From a virus (taxonomy: Duplodnaviria > Caudoviricetes): 36,648 nucleotides of DNA. Below the pieces are notes generated by a model. That model did no database searches. It was not told where the DNA came from and saw only the letters and a program-made list of their open reading frames with translations. The stretch's first letter is position 1. Every line of letters starts with the position of its first letter. Where the stretch lies: positions 1-36,648 of IMG/VR virus record IMGVR_UViG_3300008255_000261; one strand, given 5' to 3'. Below, in pieces: positions 26,701-33,561 of this stretch. Made by a program: the position numbers and the translations under genes.

Positions 26701-28837
26701 TGCTTCTATGAAAAATATATTTGATAATCAATGGGGACAAATATATTCTTATGATACAATAGATACAGGATTTTATTCTGAATTATCTACAGAAGGAGAA
26801 GATATAAAATATATATTTGGGGGAGATACTTTTATTTCAAGATTTGCATTTAAAACAAAACTTCCATTTTTTATTGATAATAGAGTGGGAGCTCCAGATG
26901 ATTCTGATATATTTTATGATGAAATAGGTAATGTTGCCTACCCTAAATATTGGCATTCTGCTAGATCTATTTTAAAAGATTACACTATAAATGGTATAGG
27001 TGTATTATCTAATATAATTTCTTATAAAGATCATAATTTTGATTGTCCAAATAATCCTTCATTAATTGCTCCACCAAATACAGGAGCAAATAGAACATAT
27101 TATGATGGGTATTTTTATTTATTTGCTTATGGAATTCCATATTTTTATTGTGAGAGCAGTTATAATACAGAACTAAGACAAGCTATAAATGATAGAGAAG
27201 GAGATTTTTTTCCACATGTTAACAATGGTATTCCAGATGATTGGGTTCAAGAAAGTTTTGTAAGTATAGCTAATGATAATACATATAATTATAATGTAAC
27301 TTTTTCTAAACAAAACAAAGAAAACATATTCACTCATCTCCCTATTGATTGGAAAGAAGCTTGTTATACAAATTATCCATTTAGAGCTATATATTCTGAC
27401 CCTCAAATAACAGATTCTGATAATAGAGTTAATAGTTGGCTTATATATAGAGCTCTTTCTTATAAAGATTTTCCTCAAAATTATGGAAAATTAGTTTCTT
27501 TAGATGGAATACAAAATAAAGCTGTTCTTGCAAGATTTGAAAATAAAAGTTTATTATATAATAATTTATTAACAATTGACACTAGTAATCCTCAAGCAGC
27601 TTATGTAGGAAATCCTAAATTATTTGAAAACCCTCCTATTGATTTTGCAGAAACAGATTTAGGATATGTAGGTAGTCAACATAAATTTTTATTAAAAATT
27701 CCAGAAGGACAAATAACTGTAGATTCTAAAAGAGGACAAATATTTTTAATACAGGGAACACAAGCTGTTGACCTATCTGCATTTGGATCTGGAATTAATA
27801 GATTTTTAACAGATCATTTAAAGTTTAATATTAAAAAATATTATCCAAATATAAATATAGATAATCATTTTAACGGAATTGGTTTACATGGAGTGTATGA
27901 TAGTAAATTTGATAGAATTATAATTACAAAATTAGATTATGTTCCATTATCGAATGAAATTAAATATGATGAAACCACTAATGAATTTTATATTGAAGAA
28001 TTAATTAATGATGTTGCATTAAAAATAATAATTTATCTTTCAGATGAAACTTATTTTTGTAATAAATCATGGACACTATCATTTAATTTTAATACAAAAA
28101 GTTGGGTTTCTTTTCATAGTTATATTCCTAATTTTTATATAGCAGAAAATAATTTCTTTTATTCAGGAATAAATAGTTGTTGTAATGATGATATAGAAGC
28201 GTTGATTGGAGAATTAGTAGAATACACTACCACCACCACCACCACATCTACATACCCTCCAATTTCAACTACATCTACCACCACCACTATAATTACAGTA
28301 AATTGTGAATTAGCAGATGGAACATTTACACAATTAAGTTGTGCATTATCTGGAACAGGAATAATAACTGTTCCTTCTCCAACTACAACAACAACAACAA
28401 CAACAATATGTACCAGACCATTAGGATTAAATAATTATACATTCTTTTCAGGATATGTTGAAAGTGGAAGTTTTACAGACACATCAATTTCTTCTACTAC
28501 AGGATGTAATGGAATTATAGTGTTTAATACAATAGATCCTTTAACAACTACTATGTTGTATTTTACAATCCATGCATTAAATTTAAATATTGGTTCAACA
28601 GTGTATTATAATTCTTTAAATACAGATTGTACTTTAGTTCCAGATGGTTGGTATTTTACAGATGAAAGTGCTTATGATGGAAATATATATCATGTAGTAA
28701 GTGGGATAGTATCAGAAATTTTAAATTGTAGTTTAACTACAACTACCACCACCACTGCAATTCCTGAAACAACCACCACATCTACAACCACCACTGAAAT
28801 TCCAGTAACTACAACATCAACAACAACTCTGATATAA
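23774..28837 (+). CDS. tail muzzle / stabilisation protein, N-terminal part, ending in Thr-linked accessory domains
   Basis: GLNLD...Y.LNA...NEQGN start, RGYLRDEIY, FHIPGR, IRHHKFPD, FGGDTFISRF and WVSFHSYIP motifs recalled from crAss-like stabilisation proteins. Confidence 0.72.
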   Translation: MANKDQSNIKQEFNNASVGLNLDQSINQVKKGTLTYSLNAVVENFDANSVNYQNEQGNELCFEFPKDFILIGKHFIAEQSKQIFFITNPITNDCQIGMMENNDCQYKILIDDTCLGWNINYPIHKIIHKITNCSTEIYWADNIARRHLDIDNIPYKLKYGTKLCNPIYSEEIDCNQLSVQPDFNIPLLSIIDVKTGGNLISGTYQFTAQYSDSQGNGYTSYYSVTNPTPIADLQITTKDFNYPVGKSIVIDIDNLDASGQFQYFNLAVVKTINNISSVELVGTYFIDNTNKQITYTGQSKTDIKLSINDIFEKFPYYELADDITSVQDILVWKGLTSVDRVNYQKIANQISLQWQTFRIPVEEDYTDELNATNLRGYLRDEIYPIEICFELKNGKQTDGFHIPGRSKTSNETLYSDIQNSNPDFIGDEESAPYWKVYNTASVIGYSDEYDATNVNYKGPYEYGEFAYWESTETYPCNEELWGELAGRKIRHHKFPDNLISPHIESKQYDGALEMGDVAKFPIGIKIDVSQITTLIQTSELTQEQKDNIVGFKILRGDRNTNKSIIGKGILRNVGKYEREGQKYYYPNYPYNDLNEDVFLNKKNNAWINQCQEFNIIVEGLAIDPNGGDDYFEIEFTNCDTNKSEKLKYYELGTYSIPSIDLPILLNGIGKIKYGNYDIWRIASTGTAIQACAGWRASWLNSEGNIQEEWVSGWPINESKNVEVKLGTSVTCVDGCNHCGKTYNYVSTINSEIDYSNSENIKVDAIDSFENLGYIQIFNSPETSFGQPFLGNVLKLENVLYGKGKGHFVEVKKNAKYKLLTAEAQQDALDSSQEIGAITSPFNAQAMFAAYQAYLTIYTNGITRKNYAYSYNSIADYNYTEDILNEGNKQRQIDFTKYLIPTVQSIGDNSGVSLNNYQRESSIFIKTIEDRNGNPITALPFPNTLSPINEVSRITIGDSGLCSKPAKEQDISVVSYYASMKNIFDNQWGQIYSYDTIDTGFYSELSTEGEDIKYIFGGDTFISRFAFKTKLPFFIDNRVGAPDDSDIFYDEIGNVAYPKYWHSARSILKDYTINGIGVLSNIISYKDHNFDCPNNPSLIAPPNTGANRTYYDGYFYLFAYGIPYFYCESSYNTELRQAINDREGDFFPHVNNGIPDDWVQESFVSIANDNTYNYNVTFSKQNKENIFTHLPIDWKEACYTNYPFRAIYSDPQITDSDNRVNSWLIYRALSYKDFPQNYGKLVSLDGIQNKAVLARFENKSLLYNNLLTIDTSNPQAAYVGNPKLFENPPIDFAETDLGYVGSQHKFLLKIPEGQITVDSKRGQIFLIQGTQAVDLSAFGSGINRFLTDHLKFNIKKYYPNINIDNHFNGIGLHGVYDSKFDRIIITKLDYVPLSNEIKYDETTNEFYIEELINDVALKIIIYLSDETYFCNKSWTLSFNFNTKSWVSFHSYIPNFYIAENNFFYSGINSCCNDDIEALIGELVEYTTTTTTTSTYPPISTTSTTTTIITVNCELADGTFTQLSCALSGTGIITVPSPTTTTTTTTICTRPLGLNNYTFFSGYVESGSFTDTSISSTTGCNGIIVFNTIDPLTTTMLYFTIHALNLNIGSTVYYNSLNTDCTLVPDGWYFTDESAYDGNIYHVVSGIVSEILNCSLTTTTTTTAIPETTTTSTTTTEIPVTTTSTTTLI

Positions 28838-28839
28838 TT

Positions 28840-29706
28840 ATGTCAAAAAATGTAACCATAAAAGTAACAAAACTTGGAACACTTCAAGGACCATTTGAAA
28901 TAATAGCTAATTCAAATGTAATTGTTGCTACAGGAGTGTTAAAACAAACTCTGATAAATGGTATCACTTATATTGTAGATGATAATATTACAACAATAAC
29001 TATAAAATCTTTAGGTAAATGCCCAGCGGAAAAAACATTTTCTATAGGTGAAATAGATAAAATTGAATATGCTACAGCAAAATATGTAGAAAATAAAACA
29101 TCTTGTATGTGGTCACATTTGACAGATCCAACATTATATAATTCTTTCTATGGATTTACAGAGCCTTATATAATAGAATATCCTTTTTCTTATAACTATC
29201 AAGATGAAATATTACAAAGTGTAATAGACTATACAAAAGTGTTTAAATATACAAAAGATAGTATAAATGTATTTAATAATGTTTCCAAAATAGAAACCAA
29301 TAATATATGGTTTAATAAAGCTGTATTATATAATGGACAACAATCATCAGGAATTCTTACATTACAGCCAAAACCAATAAATAATTTAAAACTATATTTA
29401 TCCTATCCTATTTTTAATAATGATAGTAAAACAATTTTATATACAAAAAGTGATAATTTTTATCAATATAATACATTTTGGTCTATTGTTAAAAATAAAG
29501 AAAATCCTCTTTTTATAAAAAGTTGTGAAAATATGTCCATTGATAAAGTAGTAAATCAAGATAATATGGAATATGGTAAAAAATCTTTTAATAAAGAAAC
29601 ATTAAGAGCTAAAGATTTAAAAATAAGACATATATTAGATGACAGAAGTGATGTTAATTTAGTTAGTAAATTTATAGTTACACATTCTCAAATATCCTAT
29701 AAATAA
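28840..29706 (+). CDS. tail muzzle / stabilisation protein, C-terminal part, with N-terminal GPF domain
   Basis: WSH...YNSFYG...PYIIEY, FNKAVLYNGQQSSG and LRAKDLKIR motifs. Confidence 0.65.
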   Translation: MSKNVTIKVTKLGTLQGPFEIIANSNVIVATGVLKQTLINGITYIVDDNITTITIKSLGKCPAEKTFSIGEIDKIEYATAKYVENKTSCMWSHLTDPTLYNSFYGFTEPYIIEYPFSYNYQDEILQSVIDYTKVFKYTKDSINVFNNVSKIETNNIWFNKAVLYNGQQSSGILTLQPKPINNLKLYLSYPIFNNDSKTILYTKSDNFYQYNTFWSIVKNKENPLFIKSCENMSIDKVVNQDNMEYGKKSFNKETLRAKDLKIRHILDDRSDVNLVSKFIVTHSQISYK

Positions 29707-30878
29707 TGAAAAATTGGTTAGACAAATATAAAGATGGTGGAAAAACAGAGAAGCCTAAAAACAATCCTGTTATTCCTTCTTATTTTAATTCCAATAAGCC
29801 TTCTAAATATCCATTACAATTTACTAAAACAGAACAAATTTCTGCTCCTGGAGGAGGATTAATGATAGCTTCTGAAACAAGAGAAGTTCCAGATGTAAGA
29901 AACAATTATATGTTGGAAAATTATGTTTCTACAATACCAACAAAACAAGTAAATTTTAAATCTGCAATTAAAAACAAATCAGCTTCACAATTTCTTAATA
30001 GATATAATGATCCATGGACAAGGCAAAAATTACAAGAACAATCAGGATTAACAAATTATGATGTAGATAATATGATTTTACAGGGATTATCTCCTTCTAT
30101 TGAACAAGGAAATACATCTGGTTCAAAAGGAGAATATGATTCTGTTACAAATAAAATATTAATGAATACTCCTGATGCTGCTGTAGAAACACATGAGAGG
30201 GTACATGCTTCTAATTTTGATGCTGCACAAGGAGAATATTTACAAAATGTATTAGGTAATCCTTTTCAGCAAGAAGGAAAAAATACTTTTAATAATGTAA
30301 AAAAATATATGCAAAAACCTCATGAAGCTTATGGGAATTTTGTAGAATTTAGAGAAAAGATAGGATTAAAACCAGGAGAACAAATTACACCAGAAGAATT
30401 AAAAAAGAGAGTAGAAAAAAATAATCTTTTAAATGAAAATTTTTATAAGGTGTATAATGATAAAAATATTACAAAAGCATTAAACACTGTAGCAAGTGAT
30501 AATGACAATTTGCAACCATTAAATATTGCTCAAAATGGTGCACAAATGAATTATTATAAAAATGGTCTTGATTTTAAACCAAAAATGATGCAACAAGGTG
30601 GTATAATAGAAGATGATATGGGTCAATGGAACCATCCAGGAAAAATCACAAAAATTAACAGTAACAATATAACTATGCAAGGTGTGAATTATCCTGTATA
30701 TGGAATATCGGATGAAGGAGATGAAAAACTAATGTTTCCAAATAAAAATTATAAATTTAAAGGAAGTAATGTTACAGAATATCCATTAGCACAAAATGGA
30801 AAAGAATTAGACCAATTAATAAATTTTACAAATTATAACACACCACAACCAGGAGGTTGGTTAAATAAATATAATTAA
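29706..30878 (+). CDS. putative virion protein with zincin-like (HExxH) domain
   Basis: THERVHA plus downstream PHEAYG third-ligand-like motif. Confidence 0.6.
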   Translation: MKNWLDKYKDGGKTEKPKNNPVIPSYFNSNKPSKYPLQFTKTEQISAPGGGLMIASETREVPDVRNNYMLENYVSTIPTKQVNFKSAIKNKSASQFLNRYNDPWTRQKLQEQSGLTNYDVDNMILQGLSPSIEQGNTSGSKGEYDSVTNKILMNTPDAAVETHERVHASNFDAAQGEYLQNVLGNPFQQEGKNTFNNVKKYMQKPHEAYGNFVEFREKIGLKPGEQITPEELKKRVEKNNLLNENFYKVYNDKNITKALNTVASDNDNLQPLNIAQNGAQMNYYKNGLDFKPKMMQQGGIIEDDMGQWNHPGKITKINSNNITMQGVNYPVYGISDEGDEKLMFPNKNYKFKGSNVTEYPLAQNGKELDQLINFTNYNTPQPGGWLNKYN

Positions 30879-30880
30879 TT

Positions 30881-33451
30881 ATGAGAGCACAAATTTTAAA
30901 AATAGCAGGTGTTAAATCAGAAAAAGACTTCTACAAAAAATTTCCTACAGAAGAATCTTTTATGGCTAAACATGGAAAAACTTTGAAAAAAGCTCAAATG
31001 GGGGCAAATTTAAAGCAAGGAATTGCTGGTGGATTTAATCCTTTAAGTATGGGTGTTGATGAAAATTTTCAAATTCCTGTAGATTTAGGAGAATCTTCTA
31101 AATTTGCAGATTATTTAAGGGCTTATGGTGCAGATGCTGTTGGTGCTATTGGTGGTATAGCTCAAGGAGTTGGGGCTTTAAAACAAGAAAAAAAGAAATT
31201 TCAAGGCTTAAAACAACAGAGAATGGTGAGTGATTTACAATTAGATGCTTCACGCACTAGACCAGAAGAAATAGAAAGAAAATATGTTAGACCAGAAGAT
31301 GTACAAAATACAGGAGAAGAATTTTTTCCTATATATGGAGTGGGTACAAATGTTTTAGCAAAAAATGGAAAACAAATAAAATATGCACAAAATGGTGGTG
31401 GTTTTTCTGATTTTATGAATCAAGGAGGAACAGATGTTGCAAATAAATTAATAGGAGGTGCTTTTGATAATAATGCTGGATATCAAACAGGAGCTGCTGT
31501 TGGTAATGCTGTAAAAATGATTCCTGGTGTTGGACCTGTTGTAGGTACTATTGCTGCTCCTATATTAGGAACTATTGGTGGTGCTTTAGATCAAGCATTT
31601 GGTAATGCTGGAAAAATAAAAAAAGAACAAAGCAAAATAGATAGAAATGTAAATAATATAATGGGTAATCAATTTGGACAAAATATTCAAGGCCAATATA
31701 ATAATTATATGAGAACAGGAGGTAATATAAGACAAAATAGTAATATGGATGGAGATTTACAAATTGGTAAAGGTTCTGCACAAACACTTTCTTATAATCC
31801 TTTTCTTCCTGATGATGGAGAAACAGTGATGTTTAGAGGACCTTCTCATGCTGATGGTGGTATGCCTATTGCTTATGGTAATAATCCTGTAGAAGTTGAA
31901 GGGGGTGAACCTGCTGTTAAATTACAAGATGGTGGAAATAATGAAAATCTTACAGTGTATGGAAATTTAAAAATACCAAAAGAATTTGAAAAAATTGATC
32001 CTTTAGCCAAAGGTAAAAAATTTAAAAATTATATCAATGATTTATCTAAAATTGAAGATAGGCAAAATAAAATAATAGAAAATTCCACCAAAGAATTAAA
32101 CGATTTAGATGTTATCACATCTTTTGATAAATTAAAATTAAAAACTTTTGAAACTAATGAATTAGGTGCTAATATGAAATTAAAATCTATAGCCGATAAA
32201 AAAATAAAAGCTGCTGATTTACAAAATGCAATTAATAGTACAGCAGAAGAATTTGGATTATCAGCAGATCATTTAGCTAAAGGAAAAATTAAAAAAGAAA
32301 AAATAAATAACAAAGCTAAAAATGGTGATAGTATTTATAAAGCACAAAAAGGTGGAGATATTCCTAAATTTTTTAATACATATACAGAAGACCAATCTTC
32401 TCCATCTACAATACAATTAAGTGATGAAGAATCAGGAATTAAACCTGTCAAAAAAGATTCATTTTCTCCATTGACAAGCTATGCAACTAAAATAAAAAAG
32501 TTTAATATTCCTTCACAAGAAGAATTACAATTATTAGATGAAGAAGCTAAATTTAATAAAGATATGAATTTAAGTTTTTTAGATAATAATAATTCTACAA
32601 CACTAAATAATAATTATCGTCCACAAGTAAGAAGTGTTATTTCACAAGATTCCAATTATTCTAATAATAATGATAATAATAATGAAGGACATAAAAGAAG
32701 TTGGTTAATGGATGCTTTTAATGAAGTGTTACCTTATATTAGACCAAGTGATAAAGAAGGATTAAATTATAATCAATTAACTGGAGAAATGTATGCTCTT
32801 TCTAATAATCAATTAGAACCTGTACAAGCTCAAGGTTATCATCCACAATTAACAACTCCTTATGATATTTCATTACAAGATCAATTAAATGAAGTGACAT
32901 CTCAACAAAGAGCTACACAAAAAATGTTAAGATATAATCCAGCTTCTCAGGCTAATTTAGCTGCACAAGCATATAATGCTAAAAATAAAGTGTTAGGAGA
33001 ACAATTCAGACTTAATCAAGCTAAAAAAGATCAAGTGTATTCTCAAAATACTAATACTATGAATGATGCACAATTAAAGAATCTTCAAACTTATGATCAA
33101 CAATATCAAAGACAAGCACAAGCTAAAGCTAATACAAAAGATGTTACACAAGCTGCTTTAAACTCTATTTCAGCTAAATATGCACAAAATCAATTAGAAA
33201 ATAGAACACTGCAAACATATGAAAATATGTATAATTATAGATTTGGAAATGATTATAGAGCTCAAAATTTTAATGGATTTTTTCAACCAAATATAGATTC
33301 AAATAAACCTTCTTTAGCCACACCTGATTATAATCCAAATGATTTATTACCTGTATATAATAATAAAGGAAAAGTTACAAGTTATAAAGTTAAAGAAAAA
33401 AATAAAAAATCTAGAAATGGTTCTATTGTTAAAGCTATTAAAAATTTATAA
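30881..33451 (+). CDS. putative cargo / ejection protein
   Basis: Gly-rich hydrophobic helices, GPSHADGG..EVEGGE motif, Q/N/A-rich coiled coil; located after the muzzle. Confidence 0.6.
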   Translation: MRAQILKIAGVKSEKDFYKKFPTEESFMAKHGKTLKKAQMGANLKQGIAGGFNPLSMGVDENFQIPVDLGESSKFADYLRAYGADAVGAIGGIAQGVGALKQEKKKFQGLKQQRMVSDLQLDASRTRPEEIERKYVRPEDVQNTGEEFFPIYGVGTNVLAKNGKQIKYAQNGGGFSDFMNQGGTDVANKLIGGAFDNNAGYQTGAAVGNAVKMIPGVGPVVGTIAAPILGTIGGALDQAFGNAGKIKKEQSKIDRNVNNIMGNQFGQNIQGQYNNYMRTGGNIRQNSNMDGDLQIGKGSAQTLSYNPFLPDDGETVMFRGPSHADGGMPIAYGNNPVEVEGGEPAVKLQDGGNNENLTVYGNLKIPKEFEKIDPLAKGKKFKNYINDLSKIEDRQNKIIENSTKELNDLDVITSFDKLKLKTFETNELGANMKLKSIADKKIKAADLQNAINSTAEEFGLSADHLAKGKIKKEKINNKAKNGDSIYKAQKGGDIPKFFNTYTEDQSSPSTIQLSDEESGIKPVKKDSFSPLTSYATKIKKFNIPSQEELQLLDEEAKFNKDMNLSFLDNNNSTTLNNNYRPQVRSVISQDSNYSNNNDNNNEGHKRSWLMDAFNEVLPYIRPSDKEGLNYNQLTGEMYALSNNQLEPVQAQGYHPQLTTPYDISLQDQLNEVTSQQRATQKMLRYNPASQANLAAQAYNAKNKVLGEQFRLNQAKKDQVYSQNTNTMNDAQLKNLQTYDQQYQRQAQAKANTKDVTQAALNSISAKYAQNQLENRTLQTYENMYNYRFGNDYRAQNFNGFFQPNIDSNKPSLATPDYNPNDLLPVYNNKGKVTSYKVKEKNKKSRNGSIVKAIKNL

Positions 33452-33492
33452 TTAAACAAATTATAATAGTTTACTAAATATAATTATTAAAT

Positions 33493-33523
33493 TTTGTTAA
33501 TATAATAATTTAAATTAAATTTG
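33493..33523 (+). promoter_or_regulatory. Bacteroidota primary-sigma-type promoter
   Basis: TTTG (33493-33496) - N19 - TAAATTTG (33516-33523) in an intergenic gap. Confidence 0.6.
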
Positions 33524-33561
33524 TTAATCTGTATGTAATACATACATTATATATAAAAATT

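Noticed and set aside
28830-28845. Stop readthrough joining the two muzzle ORFs
   Set aside because: The ORFs are in different frames, no slippery sequence is evident, and the second ORF begins with a domain found at N-termini elsewhere
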